A stretch of 63,351 nucleotides of DNA, filler included, from Intoshia linei (Eukaryota > Animalia > Orthonectida), in the NCBI GenBank assembly GCA_001642005.1. It is 11 parts of 11 records of this genome, joined end to end, with 100 filler letters (N's around TTAATTAATTAA, not from the genome) between each part and the next. Parts side by side here need not be neighbours in the genome. Positions count along the whole stretch, not along the records: positions 18,085 to 27,580 come from LWCA01001364.1; positions 27,681 to 37,048 come from LWCA01001368.1; 9 more parts are not named here. The stretch is one strand, 5' to 3'. Numbering within the stretch: the stretch's first letter is position 1; the number at the start of each line of letters is the position of its first letter. Positions 21,990 through 35,500 of the stretch are shown here, one piece after another. The notes beneath the pieces are model-generated. The model was not told where the DNA came from. It did no database searches and saw nothing but the letters and a program-made list of their open reading frames with translations. The position numbers and the translations under genes were made by a program.

Positions 21990-22001
21990 TAAAAATAAAT
22001 A

Positions 22002-22492
22002 CAGTTAAAATCGTCACTAATAAACCCTAAATTTCAGATTCACCATTAAAGATTTCTGTGATTTAATGAACATTTTAAGAAATGTTTGAATATTAAAGTT
22101 AATTTTATCTTATAATAAATTTGTCTAATAGTAACGATAAAAATTGCTATATCCACAATTTATATTTTTTTTGACCCAATTTTTAAAGATTTGAAGACTC
22201 TTAAAATGTTAAAAATATTCCCTGAAATACTACAAATTGAAGGACCCTAGATTATCTTCAAAATATTTTAAAATCGGTAAAAAACTTCTCTTAAAAACCC
22301 TATGAAATTTTGGACCCAATTATATTTAAAATCGTTAAAAATTTGATGAAAAATTTTTCCATTAAAGAAACCACGAAAAATCAATAATATCAGAATGAAA
22401 TAATTACTTTCATAATTATTACAATGGCGTAGTGACAATTTTACAAAAAATTATTCACTATTAAAAAAATTCATTATTGACAAGTTTGACTG
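22002..22492. mobile_element. Tigger/pogo-like MITE
   Basis: Imperfect TIRs TA-CAGTTAAAATCGTCACTAAT and ATTATTGACAAGTTTGACTG-TA. Confidence 0.55.
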
Positions 22493-23099
22493 TATTTCTA
22501 AAAATTTGGGAAAAAATTAAAATAACTGAATTTTGTATCGGTTTTTTCCAGACAACCAGTAATGGAACTTATTCAATATTGAGCGATCGGGGATTGGAAT
22601 TAATTGAAATTATATAAATCAATTTACATAAGTTGTATAAGAAAATCAAACGCATAAATTAGTGCAGGACTTGGAAAATGATTCTATATTATTTTTTTTG
22701 GATTTAGATAAGATGATTATTTAGGATATCACTGTAATGTTTAACAAATAATCTAGACATTAAAGTTAAATAATTATATTTAATGGATCAATAAGCGAAT
22801 TACACACAAAATTCAATATGACATGTCATAAAATTATAAATACCGTGTTATTAGGATAATATCAGTCTTTACGTAATTACCTAGGAATATCGAAAAGATG
22901 AACATTTATTAAAATATTTGGGCATCTTTTAGTTTAAATATACTCAATAAATTTGAAAATGGTTTTTCTAATAGTGTAGAATGTTTATTTACCTATAAGT
23001 ACACATAAGGCAATTGAATATATCTTCATGAATGCGATCACAATTTACGTTTCAATCTTAAGTTAAGTGAGTAATAATATCAATATTTTCCATAATTAT

Positions 23100-23690
23100 A
23101 CAAATATGAGATGGTTGTATTTTTGTGTCATTTACTAGTTTACTAAAATTAAGAGTGTAGTTTGACAAGGATAATTTCATTTAATTTTCTAAGTTTTTAT
23201 CAGTAAGGGACGACCGATTTTTCGAATTTATTGAGTTCATTACAGAAAACGCTGATTCGCATAAGTATGTTATACCGAAACATGATTGAACACATCTTAA
23301 TTATATTGTATTTTTCTTTGTATACATATTTACAGAAATCATTATCAATAGAATGAGCCCTCAAGAATAGATCAGATTTCAATGATACAATTTGCAGTTC
23401 TGTTTCATCGCAATCAAAATCAAATAATTGATTTATTTTCCCTTGTAAATCTAGATTCAACATAGTCAATCTTCCCGTAAAATCAGCTAAAAACGATAAT
23501 TCTTTAATTTAACCTTTTACTACCAACCATGGATTTTTCTCCATCTGTCTTAATGGATAGGAATATATTTTGTTGACAAGAACCTCTTAAAGGAGTTACA
23601 TAAATTAATACTTCTTGTTCTTTCATTAAGGCTTATCATTCCAATCATCTAATACCATACGTATGAAAATTAACACTTGTCCTGTGTGTT
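23100..23690 (-). pseudogene. hAT transposase C-terminal remnant (GTF2IRD2-like)
   Basis: FLADFTG..LNLDLQGK, FGITYLCESAFSVM and K.QPSH* fragments with frameshifts. Confidence 0.75.
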
Positions 23691-24179
23691 AATGTCAATT
23701 GATTCATCAAATTGTAGAGAAAAGCACACGCATGTTCGGACATTCATTTGTATTTGTTTCCATATGCAAGATCCTTTCACCGAGGATCTGGATCACAGAG
23801 ATCTCGACGAAATTTTTTTTAAAATGTAAACTTAAGAGTCTTAGAAAGGTGGATAGGGCTATATGCATTATAATTCGTTTGCAAAATTTTTTAATGGGCC
23901 ATTTTTCATTTTTGAAGTGGCGACGGGCTTGCTAGGTTCAATTTCAGAAACTACAATTGAACTAAGTTAAACCGTTACTTAGATTAAATTTAACGCACGT
24001 GAAAATTATTCACGTTATTCAGTAAATTTTCACTTTATGTTTGATTAAATTATGTTTACGTTCACTAATAATAATAATAATAAATGATCGATACAATTCT
24101 AATTTATTATTATTGTTAAAAAAGGTTATCTTCATTTTATTTAAAATTTTTCTTGTGGACCACTTTGGGAACAACTGCA

Positions 24180-24960
24180 TTAGGTGGAAGAAACAACAGT
24201 TTTATAGATTCTAGGGGTTGAATTAAGGATTTGCAATGGGCTGTACAATTATCAACTACTAACAATACTTATTTGTTCTCATTAGAAAATTTTTGATCTA
24301 TAATCTGCAGCCACTCTTCGAACAATATTGCTGTCATCCAAGCTTTTTTGTTGCTTCTATATATTAATGGGAAATTATTTTTATTAAATCCTGAAAGCAC
24401 CTTGCACTTTTAGATTTCCCTATCATTAAAGGAGGAAATTTTTCGGTCCCACTTAAATTAGCGCAACACATTATTGTGATTCGTTTAATATCAATTTTAA
24501 TGCCCTGAACTGGTTAATTTCTAAAGGCCAAAGTTTTCCTTGGTGTATCTTTAAAATATAACCCAGTTTCATCAGCATTAAAAATGTTGTGATTTTCATA
24601 CATTTGAAACACATTTAAACTATTTTCTCGCCAATTCTCAACTAGTGTATTGTTAACACTACCTGATTCGCCTGAAAATTTAATATAAAGCACATCATTT
24701 TTGCATTTAAACCTATCAATCCAGCCACAAGAAGCTATTATGATTGTTTAATTTCTTTGCAAAAGATAATAATGGGTGTATTGTTATCGACACAAATTCT
24801 CAACCATAGTAATGTAGCTGCTTCAATATCTGCGAATCCACATTTTTTTGTTTTTTTAATACCATATGACATATCTGTATATTTTTGAGAATATATGTGA
24901 TTGTGAAAAGATGAACATGATAAATTTTTGCAATATCTTCTTGTAGTAAAACATTTTAAT
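24180..24960 (-). pseudogene. Tigger/pogo (CENP-B HTH + DDE_1) transposase remnant
   Basis: GWIDRFK, FSGESGSV, IFNADETGLYF, CCANLSGTEK, KAWMT and FLPPN; same family as 37149-38070. Confidence 0.88.
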
Positions 24961-25119
24961 CAATTTTATACTAAAGTTTTATTTTTGAATTGATTGTTAA
25001 ATAGCTATATTTGGACAGAATCTAAATTATTAATTTCTATATGTTAAAAAATTTATAAATAAATATTACCTACGAATATTAGTTTGCCTATAGCAACAAA
25101 GCTATTACCCGATTATATC

Positions 25120-25700
25120 AAAAAGTTGAGCGATTCATACAACAAGAGTTATATCATTTTATACATCCTTTTCTATAAATTACTTCAAATAATCTAGAAT
25201 TCATACTGTTTATCAGGGAATTAATAGTATCTTGACCGATGTCATTCCATGCGACGATAATAATTTCTTTAAAATCTTTAAGGTTTGAATATTGTTTACC
25301 TTCGCAATATATGCTTCTCGAAATTATACACCAGAGATTTTCAATGGGGTTTAATGTATGTGGTACAGTGGGATTTTCAATCAGGATATCAGGCTGGCCA
25401 CTGTAAAACATTAATTCTTTTTGAAGAAATCCACATTTTTGTTTACCTAGACACATTTATCGATGCATTATCCTGATGGAACAAAATACATTTTAGAGTT
25501 AGGTGTGGACTTTTTTTTAATTTATACTTAACAATATTTGAGTTTCTGGATAATTCTCGTCTAATAGTTCTTACACTGATATTATTTAGATCTGTTTGTG
25601 ATCTTAAATTACTGGCTGATGCTTGGGAATTCGAAGCCGCTCTAATTAATCGCCTCCTATCTGCCTCATTCAATGTTTTAGGGCGTCCAGGTTTTTTAAT
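25120..25700 (-). pseudogene. internally deleted Tc1-like transposase
   Basis: PGRPKTL..DRRRLIRAAS, SVRTIRR, HQDNAS, LNPIENLW and LINSMNSRL. Confidence 0.85.
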
Positions 25701-25759
25701 ATTTTATAGATATACTACTATTACTTAAATTCTCCCAATTTTTATCAAATCTACTCACC

Positions 25760-26150
25760 GTCTTAATCCTCAACATATTTTTTAAGGTTCTATTTAACCT
25801 TTCCACTGCACCGACACCTTCATGATGATATGGTCTAGTTTTCGTTTATACTATATCATACATCTCACACAACTAACGTATCAATTTTGACTCGAATTGC
25901 GTATTCATATCAGTATGAATACGTTTCGGCACACAATACCTAGGAATTAATTCTTCATATTCTTATACTATACTTTATTATATTATAATATACTTAATTT
26001 CCTTCAACCCCACACAACATTTTGATTCACTGTCAACCCATATATACGCAATCTTTTTAAGTCTAATGTCATAGTCTAAGTTATCTCTACTGGATATAAT
26101 AATATGTGCATTATTTATATACTATCCCCCACTTCTGACACCAATGTAAA
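25760..26150 (-). mobile_element. Gypsy remnant: LTR 3' end, tRNA-Leu PBS and integrase fragment
   Basis: Minus strand reads TACA-T-TGGTGTCAGAAGTGGG (26143-26128), complementary to the 3' end of tRNA-Leu(CAA). Downstream HTDMNTQFES..RPYHHE..GAVERLNRTLK. Confidence 0.75.
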
Positions 26151-27231
26151 GTTTAACATTTTAAGTCAAGTGTATTTAAAATAACTTTATTCTATAATGT
26201 ACAATAATAGTCCTGGATACCACACACTACTTTATAAACATATTTCAGGCGAATTTTACCAATATTGGAATGTGTTATAATATTTTTCAAGATGTGAACA
26301 TTTCAAATTTTTTAGTAATAGTCGTGCAACATTACAATTGTAGATCTCTTTTTGCGGAAACCGAAGATACTTCTCACCATAATAAATTAACGTAAGAACA
26401 TTCCAAATTAGATTGACATTGTGTTGAACTTAAATTTTGATAATTCCTATTGTTTTTTTGATTACTTTTTTTTGTGATTTGGTTAATGAAATTCTCGTAG
26501 ATGGCATCTTTCATTTCTAGCCCAAACGATTTTTCACATTTGTAATAATTTTATGAAATAGTTTTTCTGGTTGCAGTTTTATCGTACGTATTTTACTATT
26601 ATCATATTGCATTATTAATAGACCTACTGGTATGCTAGTTTTTGTTTGTAACATTTTAATAAACCATATGTCACGTATACCATATCCTCTGTTTGCGCGT
26701 GGCGTAATATAGTGAGTCGATATTTACTTAACTGATGCCATATAATCTTATTAACAAATTAATTTTTTTTGTAAGTCATTGTGCATCGCATTAATACGAA
26801 TAACAAGGCATGTCCTTTTGTTCTACTTGTTGTGATTATATTTAACAACATCAATGAACGTGCATTATAAGTTTTTGGTTTATTCCATGAAATACTCGAG
26901 AAAGGTACTTTATATAATATTGCATCTATCTTTCGTATTACATAACCAGTAAAGATAGGATTAAAATAATGATCTCCTATAAACTCACTCCTATATATAT
27001 TCACCTGCTGCTTTGTCGGATGTGCTTATAAACCTAAACGCTTATATTTATTAACTATTATCCACATTTTTTGCATCTTACACAATGGAATTTTATAAAA
27101 AACTAGCTTAACTGTTATGTACTACGTACAAACAGCACCTAGCTCTGCCAAGGGCACATTTTTATACAAAATAAATTGATGTTGAAAATCTAACTTAAAA
27201 ATCCTACTATTTACTATTATTAATCTTTTAA

Positions 27232-27449
27232 CCCTTTCACTGTCTGTGTATTCTATACTATACACAGCAATTTCACGTCACACGTCTGTATATTCTATGA
27301 TATACACAGCATAATTTGAAAAACTTTATTCTTTTATTTTCATACATTTTCATATAGGTAATTTAAAAATAATACAAGTTTAAATTAAAAAATAAATTCC
27401 AGACGTGTTTGTGTGATAGTACATAAAATTGCATCAGACAGTGAAAGGG
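27232..27449. mobile_element. complete piggyBac-like MITE (218 bp)
   Basis: 15-bp perfect TIR CCCTTTCACTGTCTG with TTAA on both sides. Partial copies at about 45747 and 60697-60903. Confidence 0.88.
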
Positions 27450-27680
27450 TTAAAGGAGCGGTTCCTTTACAAAACCTATTTTGTCATTTTCATATGATTC
27501 AGTACCAATTCAATAAATACTTATTGTGTATTAATAATTAACCGAATCTTCACTTTATAAACATTTTAGTCGAATTTTACNNNNNNNNNNNNNNNNNNNN
27601 NNNNNNNNNNNNNNNNNNNNNNNNTTAATTAATTAANNNNNNNNNNNNNNNNNNNNNNNNNNNNNNNNNNNNNNNNNNNN

Positions 27681-28260
27681 GTTAAAATATTCAAATTATA
27701 TTCTAATAGTTTTTGAGTCAAAAGTTCAATTAATATTTCAGCAGGACAACTTTCCTGAACTCTTATTAAACCTAAGTTGACATTATACTTGTTTTCATAG
27801 AGGTGCACATTAATGTATTTTCGATTCCTAAAACTAGTCCATTCATCAAGGGATATACTAAAACGTTTATCATATTGAACTGACTTTGCCATTTTCTCAG
27901 TTAACATTGATACTATTGATTTGAATTATGTATTTAACATGTAATATTTCAGGTTGTTTCGGCAAACTATGGGATAATTTTTTAAATGCTTCTCTTATAA
28001 ATTCACTTTTAGTTATTGCCGTCATTGAAAATCCATCCTTACACACCAACTCAGCTATTAATTCCTCCCTGGTTTTAATTTGTTTTTCAAATGAATTAAT
28101 TGATGTTTGTTTCATTATTTTTTTCGGTTGACATATATTTGCATCAGTATTTATATTGTGACGTTGTGAATGCCTACGAAAGCCTGAGGTCGAAGATCCA
28201 CTGCAACATATTATTTTTTTGCAGATTATACACTCTGCTTGATCACCTTTACGTTCATAA
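27681..28260 (-). pseudogene. hAT transposase with BED finger (hobo/Ac-like), frameshifted
   Basis: CIICKKIICCSGSSTSGFRRH, IAELVCKDGFS and FSISLDEWTS.RNRKYINV. Confidence 0.85.
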
Positions 28261-29588
28261 TTTAACCAAATGTTGGATATTTGTTTTATCTTTATAAATG
28301 TATTATCGTTAATATTATAATATAATCATATTATCATAGTAATAACAAACATAAATCAAATACAGGTATCTCTCATTTTTTTCGGCAAATCCCGGGAAAT
28401 CGTAAAAATCCCGGGAATTTTATCCCGGTTTTTTTTTTCAATAATGTGGACTTTAATAGTGTAAAGAATATTTATTTTATAAAAACTAATGATAAGTTCT
28501 TCCAATAGAATTCCCTAATATTCGCTCCGATAATTTCCTAAAAAAAATAAGAATTACATTACAAAATTGGAAAAAATTGACATTTCAAGAGTTTTTTTAT
28601 GGAAGGGCCTTAAGATTCCTTTTATTAATTTTGAATCTAAAATTTCTGGGAATATTTTTTTCAAATTAGAGATTGGTTTTTCTGCTATTTTTAATTTAGA
28701 TAAAACAGATTTTGTGCAATCGAGTCAGAAACTGTTTAACCAAGTCTAATTTTATGTGAAATGGTGATAAAATTTATTTAGAATTGGATATTAAAGGTTG
28801 TTTTTTAAAATTAAACTGGTCAATAACACCAACTTCTGGTTTCTCAAGCCATTTTATTTTTATATAATGATAACTCCTATTAGTAACATCAAAGAGACAG
28901 AATGGGCATGGATATTTAAAACATTCCATTTAACAAAAATGAAAAAAAATAAAATATACAAATAAAGATTAATTTTTTTTAAATAAAAATTATATAAAAT
29001 TGTTTAATATTATTTTTAGACTAGTTATCTTATGCTAATTTTAATCAAATTTATTTTAAAGTGTAGATAAAAGGCGATTTTAGCGAAAAGTGTCTTATTT
29101 TATAATTACATATTTTGTATATCGAATAATATTGAAATAATGATTTTTGTATATTAAAATTAATTTCTATCACAAATATTATTATTTTATTAATTAAAAA
29201 AACTCAAATTCAAATTTTGTTTTATTCTGATGTAAGTCAACCATATATTTTATATCGTTAGAATCGCAAAGAAAAACTACATCAAACTCAATAGATATTA
29301 AGATTTTTGAGTGTTGGCTAGTGTAATGTTTTGAAATTATTTTATGAAATAGTTTGGCTTTTATTTTTTGAAATTTAAGTTTTCATGAAGTGAAAATTTT
29401 TATAAAATTAGTGTAAATATTCCTAAAAATGAAGTCTCCAAAGGGTTAAACCAACTTTAACATTATTCAACTCATCAACCCTACGTATTAACTCTAATTC
29501 ATATCTATTGAATAGAATGTTCTTCAAGCTTCGATGCAGTTATTAATTAAATTAATAAATTAAATATTGATTTTATATTATTTTTTAG

Positions 29589-32500
29589 ATTGCAATTGAA
29601 GGTAACATTGGATGCGGAAAATCCACCATGATGTCATATTTTGAGCGAAATTTTTTCAATGCAGAAGTGATTATTTTTCATTTTTGTGTAATCAATTATT
29701 GGACAATTATTCCGAATCGGAATATTTACATTTCTAAGAAAAAATCACTCGATTTTAATCTAATATGTGAATTTTATCTCTTTTTTGAAATTTTAATTAT
29801 TTAGTAATATTAATGTTTAATATCTCTATCACTATTATATTTCAATCTCAATGATTAGGTTATCAATCTTTTTGTAACATTTTAGAATTGTTTATTATAT
29901 TCTAAACTAGTTCACTTTTATGTACGAACAAACGTACTACGTACAAACAACATCTAGCTTTGCCGAGACGACATTTATATTCTACCAAAAAAATAAATTA
30001 AAGTTGAAAATTAATCTAAATTAGCTAACATAAAAATGCGATTATTCACTATTATCAATTTTTTAAAGGAGTGGTTCCCAAACTTGTTTCACGTGGAATC
30101 GTCATATCACATTATCTTTTACTGTAAATTTAATTATTACACCTTAATTTTGTTTTTTAACTTTAGTGTAAAAATCGAGTACTATAAATTGAAACACAAA
30201 CACATTTTTACATTCTGAGCAATCATGCAATATTTTTATTAAAACGACAGATGTCAATCATTTTAGTGTAAAAGAGTATTCGATGATTTTACTCGTTATT
30301 GTCTACTCTAAAAATAACCGTATAAATTTCACTGTCATTTAAATATTATTGGAATAGTGTTTCAATAAAATATTCCCATGCATTTTAGATACAGATCTGA
30401 GTTTCTTAACCAAATACCGCCTCAGCCATAAAACTACACCACAGCATTGTCGCCTATGGTTTGGCATTGGATTGAGTATTTTAACGTGTCAACAGATTAT
30501 TAATCCTATTGCATTGTGAATGATTTATTTCTGTTATCATAAAGTAAAATTCTTAGCCACCATTGGGTCATATTTTCTTGTGAGAATTTGAGCCGATTTG
30601 ATATATGCCGTGAAGATTGACGAGGTTTACCAATCATTTTTTTGTTATGAAGATTGGTGATAAATGAATTACGTTCAAAAAATCTAGAAGAACATATCAA
30701 ATTCATTTCTAACTTCACATTTGGTACAAGGGTAGAATTAGATATTTTTCTCAGAATAACATTCATATTTTCTCTTAATTAAAAGCGATGGACGGTCTCC
30801 TTTGTTTTTACTTTTTACAGATCTATTATATAAATAGTTTTGTATGCTACACCTATTTATATTAAAGGCGTGGTGATATTTGAATCATTATAAAAATCTG
30901 TTTAAGCTTATCAATATTAAACTTTTGAGGTGAATTTAGTGTTGTATAATTTTCACACTATTGAAAAGCCTATTAATTAACATAACTTCAAATGTATGTG
31001 ACAAAGTATAAGTGCCTTACGGTTTTTTCGCATACTGCAACTAATACATGAAAGTTGTGGACAAAAAAAAGTAAACTTTTTTAGCAGCTTCGTGATTTAT
31101 CATCTGTATTATCAATTAAAAACTTTCACTTTTTTAGGTCCACAACTGTAACATAAATCATTGGAATATCGATAGAGACATTCCATTTTATATGAGTAAA
31201 AATGTAATAGATTTTTCTCTATTATTTTGATCAAATTTTTTTGAAGTTTTTTGTACATTTGATGTTATGGGTTTGGGTATAAAAAAATTAGCATTAATGG
31301 TTTGTATAGAATTTCAATTTGGGAACCAGTGTTTTAAAATTTGAATGTTAACATTTTTATTTAACTTTGTCAAAATTTGAATTGAATATAATTTTTTAAA
31401 AAAGTTCGCCTTCAGCACAGCTAGCTGGCGTACTGTTAGTACATTTTATCATATCGATTTAAATTTAGTGATTGGTTCTTTCGAGCTATCGAAATCGGAA
31501 ACTTTATTTATTAATATCTTTGATTCAATTACTTTTTAAAAAGTGTTTAGAATAAACATTGTTTTTATCTTTCTATCTTAACGTCACGAGCTATTAAATT
31601 TATTTTATATAAAAATTAGGTAGTATATGAACCTGTTAAATATTGGTCAAATTTAGGTGGATATAATGCATTGGTAATAAAATTAGTTTACAAATTTCTA
31701 TTATTTTTAATTAGGAACTAATGTATAGAAGACCGAGTGAATATGCTTTTTTATTTAATAATTACACTTTATTAACAAGGCAAATGATAGTAAAAGATAA
31801 ACCGGTATTTTATATTTATGTTTAGCACCGATGTGTTTAAATGTTAAAACCCATTTTGTTGGACACTCCATATCTATGTATCTAATATGATACTGGGGTT
31901 TCCGATGATGCCATCGTATTGGAAATATTTTCATTATGTTTACAGAAAAAACAATTCAAATTTATTGAACGATCTCTACACAGTACATATAACATATTTA
32001 TTCAAAATGCTTATGACTGGTAATATTTTCGATTAAAATTGAGTTGATAGTTATACCGTACAAATTATGCTTAATTTTTTAAGAGTTTAATTTTTTACAT
32101 TAATTAAATATTAATTTAATAGTGGCGATTTAACCAAATCAGAATTTTTGCTCTTGCAAAATATATACACCAAATTTTCTGAAGATTGTTCAAATGAAAT
32201 TGATTTAATTTGTAATTATATTTGTAATTAATATTTTTAAAGCAGTTTTTCTCCAATTTGTGTAATGTGGAACTCTTTATTGCATCCATTTCACGGACAT
32301 ATATTAATATTTTTTCAATAAGCATTAAAAATGTATACAATGATTTAAATTCACTTAATATGTGGTTACAAATGAGCTAAAATCAAAAAAAAACTTTTTA
32401 GTAATCTAATTCGATAGATAATAATTTCTTATCGAAAATTCGAAAAGTACATGTTGTTTTATTATGTATGAAATTATATTTCTAACCCTTTCTTATGATA

Positions 32501-35500
32501 TAACTATTAATATTGTACAAAAAATGCTGTTTTATTGTGATATATGAGAGTATAGTATTTATGGTCACACGTAACTTGATTTTGGCTAACACAAAAATAA
32601 AAAAAAATATTTAATTTTTGAAAAACATTCCACACTAGAATATATAAAATTCAGTTAGCCATTATGAAATTTTTAATGAATATTAATTTCGAGAAGTTAG
32701 CTTTACAATTAAAAGGTTGTTTCATCAATCTGCATGCAAAATTTTATTGATCTCAATAAAGTAGATAATGTATCTTTAATATTTGTGGCTATTTCATCGA
32801 TTCTTCTTGACACTGAAGAATCGCTTAATGGAAGAGATCGCATTACACTTGTATCAAGATTTTCAAATAGTTCAATCAGTACTATACTAATATCTGGAAA
32901 AATTATAGACTAGCCAATACTATGAGACATGTTATTTTTGCTAATTATTTTACTTATTTTGTATGATGCCGAAAGCCTTTTTTTGAATGACTTAGATGTG
33001 GATGTGTAATGATTTATAATGAGAATATTCTTAAACCCAACTATTTTTACTAACATTCAAATATTTTTACTTAAATCTTAGATTATGTTTATTTTTAATT
33101 TTAATTAAGTTAATTTATTATTTAATATATATATGTTAATTTTATGTTTAAATTGAGTAATAATTAAATTTAAAAAAATTCACAAATACTTTATATTATC
33201 GCTATATTTTGCTTTACCGTGTAAAAATACGTATAATCCATTTTAGTTTATTTGAATTAAATTTTTCCTAAAAATCACTAACATAAAGTCGTTTTTTCAT
33301 AGTTATCGTCATATTTCAAAATCGTAAAATCTTTTTTTCTAAAACTAAAGTCAGTTTTATTTGTTTAGTTCTTTGAAAAAACGACTTTATGATTTGAAAA
33401 TATGACGTTAGTTAAGAAAAAATGACTTTATTTACTGAAAATATCTATAATATGTAATACATCTATATAATTTTCATGGACCCTCAAAAAAGTGCAGTGG
33501 ACTCCAAGAATCCACATGGACCCCATTGAGAATGGCTGCTTTAAATGACGGTTTCACTATTAATTTAATTTTTATTCTAGTTTATTTACGAGCTCGACCA
33601 TTAATATGCTATCAAAGATTAATAAATCGCAACAGACCGGAAGAATCAGGAATACCATTGGTTTGATTAATTTTAAAACTTTCAACGTTAAATACCCTTA
33701 TTGTTTCCTAGGTTTGAGTTAGTATTTCTTTACATATTTTGTCAATTATGTGTTATTTAATAAGGATATAAAATTTTAATAATTTGTCTAAGGAAGACTA
33801 TTTAGTTCGAGGTTACCAAATGTCACATTTACCTAAATTGTATAGTAACAATTTAGTTTTATATCGTTGTACATTTGTACACACATCACATGTACACTAC
33901 GTTCCAAGTTATGTAAAAATTAATAATTTAAAAAGTATTCACTTAATTCAATTAATTATTTTATCATATTTATATATTCAACTCATAATACTTTAACGTC
34001 CCAAGAAAAATGTAATGTATTTAAAAAAAAAAATCAATATACGAAGATTTAAGAAATTTTTGTGTTTTTGGTGTGCCAAATTATTATGCAAATGAATATT
34101 AAACAATTAATTTCTTGTTAATACGAATAAATAAATTTTTTTAAATATTTAAATAATATAATCCTTGTATTTTAAACCAAATTCAATCAAAAAAATGTAA
34201 TTAAACTTTACATATTAATATACCCCCTTTCCTGGATATTACAAGAAAAAGTCATTTATCCATGGATCGTGAGGTTTTCAATTGTTTTTGCATCGATTGT
34301 TTTGATTTCTTTCAAAATTGCATGCCATAGATCGTTTTTTTAATTGATATTGTTTATTTTTATTATATTTACTAACCCTAAAAGGAAAAATTCCAGTTTT
34401 ACCAACCTATAAGGGAAAAATCCACTTTTACAAACCCATATAGAAAAACTGGATTTTTCCCTTAAAGGTTGGTAAAATTAGAATTTTTCTTTTATGGTTG
34501 GTAAAACTGTATTTTTCTTTAAGGGTTGGTAAAACTGGAATTTTTTTTTTTTAGGGTTGGTAAATATTGATTTTTAGTAAAAATGGTTGGATTTAAGTAT
34601 ACACCCTTATTTTAATATTTAATTATATATATAAATTTAATAAAAAATTAAATAATACTGCATATCAAGCAGTGGCGACTCTGGCTAATCGAGATCACTC
34701 GGGCTAAAATTTCTATAACAACCACACATTTTTTTTGGTGAATTACATTTGAAAATAATAAATATCAAAAAAAAAAATTTTCTAAGAACTGCCCTTTAAA
34801 ATTTGGTTAACAAAAATTTATATAAAAACCCCCGTGTAACGATTGGCAGATAAAAACTCTTATAAGTTCATCTTAAATAAAGAGATGTCCAAATCTCAAT
34901 TTGAACCTAGCCACGCAGAATACAATTATATGACTAAACCACTCTGCCAGTTAGACATCACAACTAAGTTATATCAAAATTATATATTCGAATCTCGATT
35001 AGTATGATAGCGATATATCACTACACCCCCTTAAAGTTTGGTTCAAAAAAAATTTCAAAAATGTATCAAGAGTATTGAAATAAAAGTCTTGGTATTGGTA
35101 TTGCAGATATCTATTTATAACGATATTTAAAATTGACATAACTAAGATATAAATAATTTCTCATAAAATTTTAGATGTACCCGCTATATTAATTTAATCT
35201 ATAGATTTATTACTAGTCAAATGAAAATGTGCCATAGTTATGTGTATTTAAATTGATTTAAACATTTATGCAAATATTTCGCTTACAAGTGATTGTAACT
35301 AAGATATAAATAATTTATCATATAATTATCAGGTGCACTCCGCTATATAAATTTAATCTATAGATTTATTACTAAACAAATAAAAATCAAGTTATGTGTA
35401 TTTAAATTGATTCAATTTAAACATTTATGCAAATATTGCACTTACAAGTGATTGTCAAGTTAATAATTTTTTTTTATTTCAGACTCAGTATATAAAATTG

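Noticed and set aside
26250-27050. Possible non-LTR retrotransposon remnant (minus; Y.PR.NRGYGIRDI)
   Set aside because: A single short motif; too decayed to support.
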